In this document: positions 32,696 to 42,641 of the stretch, piece by piece
Layout of the letters: each line of letters opens with the position of its first letter
How positions within the stretch are numbered: the stretch's first letter is position 1
Assembly (NCBI GenBank): GCA_963827235.1
Contig: CAWHAE010000016.1
Coordinates: 224,001 to 288,000, forward strand
Length of the DNA stretch: 64,000 nucleotides
Direction of reading: 5' to 3'
DNA from: an uncultured bacterium
GTDB lineage: Bacteria > Chloroflexota > UBA5177 > JANWHV01
The notes under the pieces: model-generated
Databases searched by the model: none
Seen by the model: only the letters and a program-made list of their open reading frames with translations
Told to the model about the DNA's origin: nothing
Program-made: the position numbers and the translations under genes

Positions 32696-32698
32696 GCC

Positions 32699-35600
32699 TC
32701 ACTCGGGCTCGACAACGCGCGCCATAGCCAGCGCGGTAGCCTGATCCACAGTCAGCGCGCGCCCCTCGGCCCTGGCGGCGGCAAAGGCCTCCTCTCCCAG
32801 CGCCGCACGCATGGCCTGCACCGCCCGCTCGTGATCGACCCGACCCTCGACCGGCGGCGGCACGGCCAGCGTTTTCCACAATGCCTCCGCGGCACTGCTC
32901 AACCGGGCGGCGCGGCGCGGCTGGCCCTGCCGCACTGCAGCCCAGGCCAGCCGCTCCAGGATATCGGCCACCTCGTCCACGGCGTCTATGTCTCGCCCAA
33001 GCACGAGGCCTTCTTGAAGAAGCGTGGTCGATCGTCGATGGTCACCCAGCCGCTCCGCTGCCGCAGCCAGGCCGACGAGTGACACCACACAGCCGTGCCG
33101 GTCCCCCAATTCGCGCGCGAGCGACAGGCTCTCCTCGTGCAGAGATGTTGCCCGCTCGTAGTTGCCCTGCCGGAAAGCAACCGACCCGAGGTTGTCGAAC
33201 GCGCCGGCCATGCCTTTCTTATCGCCGGTCGCTTCGAAGAGCGCCAGGGCCTGCTGGTAGAGCGCCACGGCCCTCTCGTCATCACCCCGGCGATCCCAGA
33301 CGGCCGCCAAGTTGCCCAGAGTCCTTGCGATCTGCAGCGTGTCTCCGCGCTGCCGTGCTACCGACACGGCCTCTTCGAAGAGCATGGCCGCGGTAGCATA
33401 GTCACCCCGTCGATCCGCCACGATTCCCAGGTTGGTGAGCGAGCCGGCAGCGCCCTGTTGATCTCCGGCGGCGCGGAACAACGCCAGCGCTTCCTCGTAG
33501 TGCGCCGCCGCCTCGGTATACTGGCCCTGGCTGAGCGCGAGGTTGCCCGCGCCTTTGAGCGCGGCGGCGCGCAGGCCGGCAGGCGTTGCGCCGCCGGCAG
33601 CCAGTGCCCACTCCAGCCAGCTTCGCCCCTCACGCAAATGGCCCGTCGTGAACCAATAGCGGCTGAGAGCCGTCGCCAGGCGCAGCCCACTCTCGCCGTC
33701 TCGCTGCTCACGCGCCCAACTCAACGCAGCCCGAAGGTTGTCGTGCTCTGCCTGCAGGCGCGCCGACCAGGCGCTCTGATCCGGCCCGCTCAGTCCCGGC
33801 GCCGCCGTTTCGGCGAGGTCCACTGCCCAGGCCAGGTGCCGGTCTCGCATCGCGACGGCCTCGCCAGCCACCGCCAGGTGCTCGGCGGCGAATTGCCGTA
33901 CCGACTCCAGCAGGCTGCACCGAGCGGCTATGGAGCTTTCGTCCAGGCCGACCAGGGACTTCTCGATCAGTGTATCGAGGAGCTGGGGCGCCGTCCGTTC
34001 CGCGATGCCCAGTCCGGCACACACCCGCGCGACGGCATCCATGGAGCAACCGCCCGCGAATACCGACAAACGCTGGAGCAGCAACTGCTCAGGCTCTGCC
34101 AGCAGCCCCCAGCTCCAATCCAGCGTCGCCCGCAGCGTTTGCTGGCGCGGCAGCGCGTCGCGAGGCCCGCCGGTGAGCACGGCAAGGCTGTCCGCCAGGC
34201 GGGAGGCGGTCACCTCCAGAGGCAGGCTGCCTACCTGCGCCGCCGCGAGCTCGATGGCCAGCGGCATGCCATCGAGTCGCCGGCAGATCTGGACCACCAC
34301 GGCAGCGTTCTCGTCGCGCAGGGCGAAGTCGGAACGCCTCGCGCGCGCCCGCTCCACGAATAGCCGCACGGCATCGTATTCCTGCAGCACCGCCGGCGAG
34401 TTCGCCGCGCCGGGTGCGGGCAAGCCAAGCGAAGGTACTCGATAGGTGCTCTCGCCGCCGATGGCCAACCTCTCCCTGCTGGTAGCCAGCAACTGGACAC
34501 CTGGGCAACGCCGTAGCACTGCCGAGGCCAGCTCCGCGCAGGCCGGGAGCAGGTGCTCGCAGTTGTCCAGCACAAGCAGCAGTCGTGCGGCACCAAGGTG
34601 CTCTAGGATGGTGGCCGGAAGCGGACGGTCCGGCCATTCCCGCAGTCCCAATGCGCCGGCCACGGCCTGCGGCACCAGGTCAGGATCGCGCAGCGCCTCG
34701 AGCTCTACCAGCCACGCACCCTCCGGGTGGTCCTCGAGCAAATCCGCCGCTACCGCCAGCGCCAATCGCGTCTTCCCGCACCCGCCGGCGCCCACAAGGG
34801 TGACCAGCGACGTCTGTCCCAGTAACGTTTCCACCGCCCCCTGATCGCGCTCGCGACCGACGAAGCTTGCCGGGTGCACCGGCAGGTTGGTGGGAGGCAT
34901 CTGCGGCAGGCGGAGAGATGGAAAGGTGCCGGAGAGAGATGCCGGAATCACCTGGTCGAGCGCTTGCGGGCGCTCCACAGGACTCAGGCTGTGACGGCCC
35001 AGGGCCTGCAGCCGCGCTCCATCCGGCAAGCCGGCCCGGACCGCCTCGCGGCTGGAAGCCGTGAGCAGGAGCTGGCCGCCATGTCCAAGCCGGGCCAGGC
35101 GCACTGTTCGTCGCAGCGTGGGTCCGGCGTAATGGCCACCGGCGCCCGGCTCGGACCAGCCGGTGTGGACGGCGAGGCACACCGGCACCGCTCCCGTAGC
35201 CGGGTCGACTATCGCGGGCACCCGTGCTCCCGACCCATCCCATAGTGCTTGCTGCAGCGCGCATGCCACCGTCACCGCTCCGACTGCATCCAGAAAGATA
35301 CACACCGCGCCGTCAGAATTCTCCGGCGGGTCCATCAAGCGTCCTGCGTGCCGCGACACCGACTGGTCGAGAAGCCCGGTCAACCACACCGAGATCTGCT
35401 GCCACGCATGTGCTTGCTGGGCCTCGGGCAGTGCCGCGAGTAGCGGGCGGCAGGCCAGAAATGTCACGACGCCGCTGGGGAGGGGTGGAGAGGATGAGAT
35501 CGCAGATGGCTCTGGGGCGGTCAACGGTGCCGCCCGCGGCGAGCGATCGTGGCTGACCGCCGCTCGGAAAGCCGATCGCAGCTCGGCACGCGCGACCGTG

Positions 35601-35803
35601 TCGAGTGCGAGCGCCGCAGCCAGGGCGCCGACCAGCAGGTCGAGCGTGCTTTGCCTGGGCACGTATCCGCGTCCAGCCTCAAGATTGCTGATCGTGTTGG
35701 CGCTTATTCCAGCCCGCTCTGCCAGGGCCTCCTGCGTCAACTCCGCGCTCTTTCGGGTCCGCACGAGCAGCGCGCCCAAGGCGGATTCGTGTTCAGTCTC
35801 CAC
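32699..35803 (-). CDS. STAND-type regulator: XRE HTH + degenerate class III cyclase domain + NB-ARC-like NTPase + TPR
   Basis: AGGGGA RBS before GTG; LTQEALAERAGIS HTH; LPSGVVTFL...HTG...GHGGQLLL cyclase-like segment; GAGGCGKT; LVLDNCEH; TPR repeats. Confidence 0.9.
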   Translation of the reverse strand: METEHESALGALLVRTRKSAELTQEALAERAGISANTISNLEAGRGYVPRQSTLDLLVGALAAALALDTVARAELRSAFRAAVSHDRSPRAAPLTAPEPSAISSSPPLPSGVVTFLACRPLLAALPEAQQAHAWQQISVWLTGLLDQSVSRHAGRLMDPPENSDGAVCIFLDAVGAVTVACALQQALWDGSGARVPAIVDPATGAVPVCLAVHTGWSEPGAGGHYAGPTLRRTVRLARLGHGGQLLLTASSREAVRAGLPDGARLQALGRHSLSPVERPQALDQVIPASLSGTFPSLRLPQMPPTNLPVHPASFVGRERDQGAVETLLGQTSLVTLVGAGGCGKTRLALAVAADLLEDHPEGAWLVELEALRDPDLVPQAVAGALGLREWPDRPLPATILEHLGAARLLLVLDNCEHLLPACAELASAVLRRCPGVQLLATSRERLAIGGESTYRVPSLGLPAPGAANSPAVLQEYDAVRLFVERARARRSDFALRDENAAVVVQICRRLDGMPLAIELAAAQVGSLPLEVTASRLADSLAVLTGGPRDALPRQQTLRATLDWSWGLLAEPEQLLLQRLSVFAGGCSMDAVARVCAGLGIAERTAPQLLDTLIEKSLVGLDESSIAARCSLLESVRQFAAEHLAVAGEAVAMRDRHLAWAVDLAETAAPGLSGPDQSAWSARLQAEHDNLRAALSWAREQRDGESGLRLATALSRYWFTTGHLREGRSWLEWALAAGGATPAGLRAAALKGAGNLALSQGQYTEAAAHYEEALALFRAAGDQQGAAGSLTNLGIVADRRGDYATAAMLFEEAVSVARQRGDTLQIARTLGNLAAVWDRRGDDERAVALYQQALALFEATGDKKGMAGAFDNLGSVAFRQGNYERATSLHEESLSLARELGDRHGCVVSLVGLAAAAERLGDHRRSTTLLQEGLVLGRDIDAVDEVADILERLAWAAVRQGQPRRAARLSSAAEALWKTLAVPPPVEGRVDHERAVQAMRAALGEEAFAAARAEGRALTVDQATALAMARVVEPE

Positions 35804-36023
35804 GCTTTGTCCCCTGACCTCCGTCGGCGTGGCGCCGGCGGGCAGGATAGCAACGGCGGTACGCGATAACCAACGTAACCGCTCCAAGCTTCCGAGTCGA
35901 GATTGGGAATCAATTGTGAGTTTTGGGTGGCGCCCGAGTCCACCTCGGGCCAGACTACGGAGGAGAGGATAGGCGGACGAAGCGAGGGACCGCCTGGAGT
36001 GGCTACAGGAGGTAGATACGACG

Positions 36024-37445
36024 ATGAGCAAGCTCATGAGCGTCCGAAAGCTGGCAGTCTGGGGCACACTGCCCCTGCTCGTGCTGGCCATGATCCGGCC
36101 TGTCTATGCCGGCAACCCACCGTATGTCGGCGGCACTTCGGCGGTGGCCCGCGCGTCGTCGGCCGTACCGGCACCGGCTCACCTGACGAACACCGGCGGC
36201 ACCCACGCCGGAAGGGAAGTGCCCGCGCCCGCCGCGGCACCGCGCGGATCGCTCATCAAGCCGATCCTCACCCCACCGGCCATTATAGGTGTACAGTTGC
36301 CGCACGTGGACGCTCCCGGCCTCTACGACTTGCAGGCAACTGCCTCGACGGTGACCGTGAGATGGTACGACCGCTCCGACAACGAGCTGGGCTTCAAGGT
36401 GCTCCGCCGCGATCTGTCGGGCAACTGGCAGGTGGTCTACCAAATCGCCACCAGCGACATGACCGGCAGCAGCGGCAACTACTCGTGGGTCGATACCAGC
36501 ACCAACATCAGCGGTCAATGCTACATGATCGCCGCGTACAACGACTCCGCCACCGGCTACACCTCCGAGGAGTGCACGGTGCGCCCGGATCCCAGCCGGT
36601 TTCCGCAGGCAGTGGGCAGCTACGCGCCGCAGTGGAGCGGACTCAGCAGCACCAACGACGGCACGGGCGATCTGGTGAACGTCGACAACGAGGAGAATCT
36701 GCTCTACGGCGAGCGGACGTGGGGTGTCAACTTGACCTGGGGAGACAGCTCGCTGTGGCGAGTGGAGGCGCAAGGAGGGCCGCATCTGATGAAGGGTGAA
36801 GCCGTGGCGCTGAGGGTGTGGGGAGGCGGCTGGCTGAAGTACGGCACACAGACCTTCGGCGTGGATCTGCAGCTCTCGTCCACTCCGGTCTACGAGTGGT
36901 ATGCCATCGGCCTGCGCGGTGATGCCAGCGAAAGCACGTGGGCTGGACTCGACCTTCGGGACGGCGGCACGTTCGCGCTGTGGAACAGCTCCGCGCAGGC
37001 ATACCTCGTGCAGGGCCATCAGACCTGGGGCATCGGCCTCGAGTGGTACAGGGTGGGGAGCGGCACGTCGCCGACGCCGATTCCTACCCCGGTTCAGCAG
37101 GGAGTGAAGACCGAACAGGTGCTCAACTGTTCCGAAGACCAGCAGCCGGTTGAAGTGTGGATCGCCGATCAGACCACGGGTGCCGCGTTCACCTACGAGG
37201 GCACGGTCGACGAGCAGTATGGCTCGGCCGGCTGCCCAGCCGCCGGCAGCACGCCACTCACCTTCAAGCCGGCATCGGGACATCACTACTTGCTGGTCGC
37301 CACCGACGACACGCTCCCCGGCTGCGATACCGGTAACGACCCGCAGAACGGAGCCTGCCAGAAGATGTACGCGAGTTTCATCGGCGACGCCAACGGATAC
37401 ACGCGTACCGATATCGTCGGCATAGGCACACAGATCACGCCCTGA
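36024..37445 (+). CDS. Secreted protein with a fibronectin type III-like domain and Trp-rich repeats
   Basis: AGGAGG RBS; signal peptide; VTVRWYDRSDNELGFKVLRR...CYMIAAYN FN3 pattern; recurring T(W/F)G(V/I)xLx(W/L) motif. Confidence 0.75.
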   Translation: MSKLMSVRKLAVWGTLPLLVLAMIRPVYAGNPPYVGGTSAVARASSAVPAPAHLTNTGGTHAGREVPAPAAAPRGSLIKPILTPPAIIGVQLPHVDAPGLYDLQATASTVTVRWYDRSDNELGFKVLRRDLSGNWQVVYQIATSDMTGSSGNYSWVDTSTNISGQCYMIAAYNDSATGYTSEECTVRPDPSRFPQAVGSYAPQWSGLSSTNDGTGDLVNVDNEENLLYGERTWGVNLTWGDSSLWRVEAQGGPHLMKGEAVALRVWGGGWLKYGTQTFGVDLQLSSTPVYEWYAIGLRGDASESTWAGLDLRDGGTFALWNSSAQAYLVQGHQTWGIGLEWYRVGSGTSPTPIPTPVQQGVKTEQVLNCSEDQQPVEVWIADQTTGAAFTYEGTVDEQYGSAGCPAAGSTPLTFKPASGHHYLLVATDDTLPGCDTGNDPQNGACQKMYASFIGDANGYTRTDIVGIGTQITP

Positions 37446-37589
37446 GCTGAAACGACCGTCAACACTCCTTCGCCAGGGCGTGCCGCACGGCACGCCCTGG
37501 CGATACGCACGTTCCGCAGCGCGTGTCGCGACTATCAAGGCGACCTGAGCCGAAGACGGTGCCGGGATCGCGATACAATAGGCAGTGCC

Positions 37590-38138
37590 ATGCAGCCGGA
37601 ACATGAGGCGCCCGCCGAGCCATGCTACGAAATCATCGAGCTCCCGATCGAGGGGCTCGACCGGTTGGAGCCGCTCTGGCGGCAGCTCAACGCGTTGCAC
37701 TGGAGAGAGTCGCCGTATTTCCGGCGGCATCACGAATCGATCACGTTCGCCGACCGTAAGGCCGCCTGGATCAGGTACGGCGCCGACAGGCTGATCGTGG
37801 CTGCCGTGCGCGAATCTGCTAGCGGAGCACTTCTCGGGTATTGCGTCTCAGGCCACCTGGCCGACGGTCGGGGTGAGATCGAGTCGTTGTATGTCGACGA
37901 CAGCCTTCGCGGCCGAGGATTCGGCTCGCTGTTGGTCAGGCGACACGTGGCGGCGCTGCGAGAGCGCGGCTGCGGGATGATCCGGGTCGCGGTCTCCTAC
38001 GGGCACGAGAGCGTATTCGGATTCTACGAGAAGCTCGGGTTCTACCCTCGCCTCACCTACCTCGAAATGCGAGACCCCCAGATGGAGCCGCCCGCACATG
38101 CGGCGGTACCGACGGAGGATGGAGTATGGCCTTTCTAG
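37590..38138 (+). CDS. GNAT family N-acetyltransferase
   Basis: GEIESLYV, RGRGFGS and FYEKLGF motifs. Confidence 0.85.
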   Translation: MQPEHEAPAEPCYEIIELPIEGLDRLEPLWRQLNALHWRESPYFRRHHESITFADRKAAWIRYGADRLIVAAVRESASGALLGYCVSGHLADGRGEIESLYVDDSLRGRGFGSLLVRRHVAALRERGCGMIRVAVSYGHESVFGFYEKLGFYPRLTYLEMRDPQMEPPAHAAVPTEDGVWPF

Positions 38139-39112
38139 TACTCACTCACGAAGACGTGGAGCGGCTCTTAACCTTGGAGGCCTGTATCGAGATCATGGCG
38201 GAAGCGCTCGCTGCTCTGGCTCGAGGCGAGCTGAGCCAGCCACTGCGTTCCATCTATGCCCCGCCTACCGCGAGCGGAGTCATGGCATGGATGCCGACGC
38301 ACCGGTCGGGCGAGGACGCCGTCTATGGCATGAAGCTCCTCTGTGTCATTCCGGACAACCCGAGCCGCGGGCTGGATGGACATCAAGGAGCCGTGGTGCT
38401 CATGGACGGTGTGACCGGAGAACTGCGCGCGCTGATGAACGCATCGGCTATCACGGCCATCCGCACGGCGGCGGTCTCTGCCGTCGCCACACGGCAACTG
38501 GCTCGAGGTGATGCGCGTGAGCTGGCGCTGATCGGGACCGGCGTGCAGGCCCGCTGGCACCTCGAAGCAATGTGCCGCGTACGGCCTATCGAGAAGGTGC
38601 GTGTGGCCGGCCGCACGCCCGGGAGCGCAGTGCAATTCGTGGAGCGGATGCGTCCGAAGGTGCACTGCGCGCTGGAGGCCGTGGAAAGCGCCGAGGCAGC
38701 GGTGCGCGGCGCCGGCATCGTGGTCACGGCGACGACCGCGCGGGAGCCGGTGCTCGAGCGTGCCTGGATCGCGCCCGGCACGCACGTGAACGCCGTCGGC
38801 GCCAGCAGGCCGCCCGACAGAGAAATAGACACGGCAACCTGGTCGGCAGCGTCAGCGTTCGTCGATCGACGAGAGTCGGTGGAACGCGAGGCTGCCGACT
38901 ACCGGCGCGCGATCGACGAAGGTGCGATCCGTCCTGACCATGTCAGAGCAGAGATCGGTGATGTGCTGCTCGGGAGGGCACCGGGAAGGACCACTCGGAA
39001 CGAGATCACGCTCTTCCGTTCACTGGGCCTGGCCGTGGAGGATGTGGCCGCGGCACAGTACCTCCTTCGGTGCGCACCAGGGCGAGGCGCCGGGACCATG
39101 GTGGATTACTAG
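38126..39112 (+). CDS. Ornithine cyclodeaminase/mu-crystallin family protein
   Basis: ITAIRTAAVS, GTGVQA, GTHVNAVGA and FRSLGLAVED motifs. Confidence 0.92.
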   Translation: MAFLVLTHEDVERLLTLEACIEIMAEALAALARGELSQPLRSIYAPPTASGVMAWMPTHRSGEDAVYGMKLLCVIPDNPSRGLDGHQGAVVLMDGVTGELRALMNASAITAIRTAAVSAVATRQLARGDARELALIGTGVQARWHLEAMCRVRPIEKVRVAGRTPGSAVQFVERMRPKVHCALEAVESAEAAVRGAGIVVTATTAREPVLERAWIAPGTHVNAVGASRPPDREIDTATWSAASAFVDRRESVEREAADYRRAIDEGAIRPDHVRAEIGDVLLGRAPGRTTRNEITLFRSLGLAVEDVAAAQYLLRCAPGRGAGTMVDY

Positions 39113-39151
39113 GAGACGGTGCGTCGGCGCGACCGGGGTGCTCGAGCGTGG

Positions 39152-39409
39152 CTACACCGGCATCTCGTCGACGTAGCACCAACGCCAGTTCTCGCCGGGT
39201 TCGATCGAACGCATGATAGGGTGCCGGGTAGCGTGAAAGTGCTTGGTAGCATGTGTGTTCTTCGATGAGTCGCAGCAACCCACATGCCCGCAGGTCAGGC
39301 ACTCCCGAAGATGGACCCAGCTATCGCCGGTCTTCAGACACTCCTCACACCCGTCGGCACTGCGCATCACCGATCGTATCTGGTCGAGATGGGCGCAAAT
39401 CGTCGCCAT
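39152..39409 (-). CDS. UBP-type zinc finger protein
   Basis: CAHL...CEEC...WVHLRECLTCGHVGCCDSS..HATKHF...WCYVD; GGAGG RBS. Confidence 0.9.
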   Translation of the reverse strand: MATICAHLDQIRSVMRSADGCEECLKTGDSWVHLRECLTCGHVGCCDSSKNTHATKHFHATRHPIMRSIEPGENWRWCYVDEMPV

Positions 39410-39825
39410 GAATTCCTCCGTGGTCCAGGCACTACGTATGCAGAAAGGGTAGGTCCTTCGGCGATAGCAGTAAAGCGGGCTCTGCTCCGGCCCCGACGCC
39501 AGTTCCCGAACGCTCCCTCCGGCTTCGTCCAGCTCAAGCGGCTCGCCGCCGCCGGCAGCATCCAGTCGAGCCGCGATGCGCGCGATCGGACATGTGCCGC
39601 GCACGGGCGCACGGGACCGATCACAGACGACCCGCTCCCAGGGCGAGGACCTCATGGTCGACGCTTCGCGGATCGCCGGTTCCGGATTCGTCAGCTCGGC
39701 GGGAGAAGTGGCCTTGTGACCGCGGGAACTGGTAGTCTAGGGCCAGGCTATATCGTGAGGTTGTGGATGGGCTGGGCGTCCGTGAAACCCTGAAACGTCC
39801 AACCGAGTAGAACGTATGGTAGGCA

Positions 39826-41595
39826 ATGAGCGGCGGCAGTACGGTGCCGGCTGAGAGACCGGGCGCTATCGCTACGGCAGCACCGCGCCGCTACCGGTGG
39901 CTCGCGGTCGCCTGCACTCTGTTGATCGCGTATGCGTCATTGCCGCCGGCTGGTGTCGCCCCCGCTGTCGCGAGCGCCGGCGCCGATGACGGCACGCGAG
40001 AGTACCCGCGGATAGCCAATCTCTACGGCTACTGGTCGAGTACACAGGCCCGGGCTTTCTCTCGTTACAGCCTCGTCGTATCCGCCCCGCTGGCAGGCAG
40101 CAACGGCGCTCTGCAGAGCTTGAAGGAGGGGAACGCCGCCACAACTATACTGGCATACTTCGAGAGCGCCGAGGCGGACGTGCCGGGGTTCGACGGACTG
40201 AGCATCTATCCCGGGTGGTGGCTGACTCTGGCCGGCACCACTCTGGCAGCTCCTCTCGACGATACGAGTACCACGGTATCGGTGACCGACGGTAGCATCA
40301 TGGCGCAATTCCTGTGGAGCAATCCGGACGTGCTGGTGGATGGAGAGAGTATGCACGTCACGGCGGTGAACGGCAACACACTCACGGTGCAGCGCGGCTA
40401 CAATTCCACGGCGACTTCACATTCGCCGGGTGCGCGCATCGCCGCGCATGCCACCGCGTGGCCTGGCGCGTGGATGCTCAACGCGACCACGTATTGCCCG
40501 ACCAATCCCGCTACGGGCCAAACCTGGGTCATGTACCTGACGGCGACGGCAGCCGCTACCCTGGCGAAGGCGCCGTGGGACGGCATCTTCCTCGACAGCA
40601 TCAATCCGGAGGGCTGGGCGGGTCTGAACGACGGTGCGCTGGACGCGAATAACGACAACGTGGCCGACGGCGGGGAAGGACCGTCGGGAACGGGCTGGGG
40701 GGACGGCGTGGCGACCCTGGTCAGCGGCATCCATGCGCTGGCGCCCAGTGCCGTGCTCGTGACCAACGGCGGCTTCCTGAGCGGCAGCACCGGCGAGGAG
40801 CTGGAGCATTTCAACGGCGCGGCATGGTCGGATCAGTACGCGGTTTACGCTTCGCTGGCAGGGCCCACGGGCACCGGTCCCGACACCATCGTCAATGCCG
40901 ACACCAACAATACCGGCACGCAGAGCCTGCAGGCCATGCGCTTCTACCTGGCAACGGCGCTGATGGGCAACGGCTACTATGCCTACGACTCCGGGTCCGA
41001 TGCTCATGGACAGACCTGGTGGTACGACGAGTACGACGACGGCGCCGGCAGCAGCCTGCCGTCGGCAATCAGCGCCTCGCAGACCTCGCTATCGGTGGCG
41101 ACGGGCACAGGCGGCAGATTCGCGGCCGGCAACGTCGTGCTCGTTCCGGACGGCGGCCTCAGCTACACCGACGAGCAGATGTTGATAACCGCTATCAGCG
41201 GGGACCAACTCACCGTCCGGCGCGGCTTCAACAACAGCACGGCGGTAGCCCATCCGGCCCTGAGCAAGGTGATGACTACCGACCAGCTGGGGAGCGGTCT
41301 GCGGTGGCTGGGCCGGCCGGTTGGACCGGCGAGATATCTGGCCGGCAACTTGCTGCGTCGCGACTTCGCCAATGGAGTGGTCCTGCTCAACGCCACGAGC
41401 AGCGCTCAGACCGTGACCGTCGGCTCCGGGTTTCGCCATATCGCGGGCACGCAGGACCCGGCTTTGAACAATGGGGCAGACGTCAGCGCGGTGCTTATGA
41501 TTCCTGCCCAGGATGCCGTATTCCTGGTGCGAGCGAACAGCGGGAGCCGGTTCCCGTTTGGCCGATGGCAACCCGTGGTCAGGCGGATCACGTGA
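39826..41595 (+). CDS. Secreted putative glycoside hydrolase (GHL15-like) with two inserted beta-rich domains
   Basis: Signal peptide; WDGIFLD, MRFYLATALM, WWYDEYD, LGRPVG, RRDFANGVVLLN and GTQDP motifs. Confidence 0.7.
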   Translation: MSGGSTVPAERPGAIATAAPRRYRWLAVACTLLIAYASLPPAGVAPAVASAGADDGTREYPRIANLYGYWSSTQARAFSRYSLVVSAPLAGSNGALQSLKEGNAATTILAYFESAEADVPGFDGLSIYPGWWLTLAGTTLAAPLDDTSTTVSVTDGSIMAQFLWSNPDVLVDGESMHVTAVNGNTLTVQRGYNSTATSHSPGARIAAHATAWPGAWMLNATTYCPTNPATGQTWVMYLTATAAATLAKAPWDGIFLDSINPEGWAGLNDGALDANNDNVADGGEGPSGTGWGDGVATLVSGIHALAPSAVLVTNGGFLSGSTGEELEHFNGAAWSDQYAVYASLAGPTGTGPDTIVNADTNNTGTQSLQAMRFYLATALMGNGYYAYDSGSDAHGQTWWYDEYDDGAGSSLPSAISASQTSLSVATGTGGRFAAGNVVLVPDGGLSYTDEQMLITAISGDQLTVRRGFNNSTAVAHPALSKVMTTDQLGSGLRWLGRPVGPARYLAGNLLRRDFANGVVLLNATSSAQTVTVGSGFRHIAGTQDPALNNGADVSAVLMIPAQDAVFLVRANSGSRFPFGRWQPVVRRIT

Positions 41596-42467
41596 GCGCT
41601 TTGCATGGCACGATGGGTGCGATCGTGCTCTGCGCGTTGCTGTTTGCCGAGGAGACCGGCGTTCCACTGCCGTTGGCGCCCGGCGACCTCATCCTGCTGG
41701 CCGCCGGACTGCTGATAGCCGCGGGCAACCTCTCCCCGTGGCTGTTCGTGCCACTCGCCATCGGCGCGGCAAGCGCCGGTGCTCTCGTCGGCTACACCTG
41801 GACACGGGCGCTAGGCGCACCAGGACTGCAGGCAGTCGCTCGCCGGCTCGGCGTAGAGCGCCATGTCGATCGCCTGAGCGCGCGGCTGCAAACGACGAGA
41901 CCGGCCGGGATCCTGGTCTATCGCCTGATCCCCGGACTACGAGTCACCACCACGCTGGTGGCCGGCGCCGTAGGCGTGCAGAGAAGAACCTTTCTACTCG
42001 GCGTTGTGCCGGCAATCGTGATCTGGGTACTGATCTTTACGGTCCTGGGACTGCTGGCGGGAGTGCCGGTGACGCACTTCCTTAGCTCGCTTGATCAGTA
42101 TGTCCTGCAGGGAGCCGTGCTGCTGTTGGTGGGCGCTGCCGGCTATCTGGCTGCCCGGCACGTGCCGGCTCTACGCGGCACTGACGACAGCCTGCTGGCG
42201 ACGCCGGGGCCGTGGCGCATAGCGCTGGCAGCAGCCCTCGACCTGGGCACCGTATCTTGTATCGTCACCGGTCTGGACCTCCTTGCCCGCGTCTGGCTGA
42301 ACATCGGAGGGATCGACGACTGGGACGATGCCGTGACCACCGGTGTTCTCACCGCCCTGGCGTATCTGGTACTCCTACGCGGAGGCGTCGGGCTCACAGC
42401 CGGCGAGGCGCTTTTCCGAGCCACCTATCGCTCCCGCCGCTGGTGGCGTGGTGGTATCAGCGCCTGA
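41592..42467 (+). CDS. DedA family membrane protein with C-terminal extension
   Basis: FAEETGVPLPLAPGD and RLIPGLR motifs; GTGA overlap with the upstream gene. Confidence 0.85.
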   Translation: MSALHGTMGAIVLCALLFAEETGVPLPLAPGDLILLAAGLLIAAGNLSPWLFVPLAIGAASAGALVGYTWTRALGAPGLQAVARRLGVERHVDRLSARLQTTRPAGILVYRLIPGLRVTTTLVAGAVGVQRRTFLLGVVPAIVIWVLIFTVLGLLAGVPVTHFLSSLDQYVLQGAVLLLVGAAGYLAARHVPALRGTDDSLLATPGPWRIALAAALDLGTVSCIVTGLDLLARVWLNIGGIDDWDDAVTTGVLTALAYLVLLRGGVGLTAGEALFRATYRSRRWWRGGISA

Positions 42468-42534
42468 ACCTCGAAGGAGTGATAGGCCAAGAGGTCGTCG
42501 GGCGCGGAGCGAGACCGCCCGTCGACATCGCCTC

Positions 42535-42560
42535 TATACCCTACACGGGTATGGTAAACT
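42535..42560 (+). promoter_or_regulatory. CsoR/CstR-type operator overlapping an extended -10 promoter
   Basis: ATACCC-TACAC-GGGTAT (42536-42552) followed by TG-n-TAAACT; matches the ATACCC..GGGTAT consensus of CsoR-family operators. Confidence 0.75.
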
Positions 42561-42641
42561 GTGTGCAGCCGCCGGGTTTCCGGACGAGCACGCCGGCCGG
42601 CGCACGTACGAGTCACAGCGTTTTCGCTTCAGGAGATGTGC

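Noticed and set aside
11574-35803. The two STAND genes as Avs-type antiphage systems
   Set aside because: Their N-terminal domain is an XRE HTH rather than a nuclease, TIR or SIR2 effector, and there is no defence-island context
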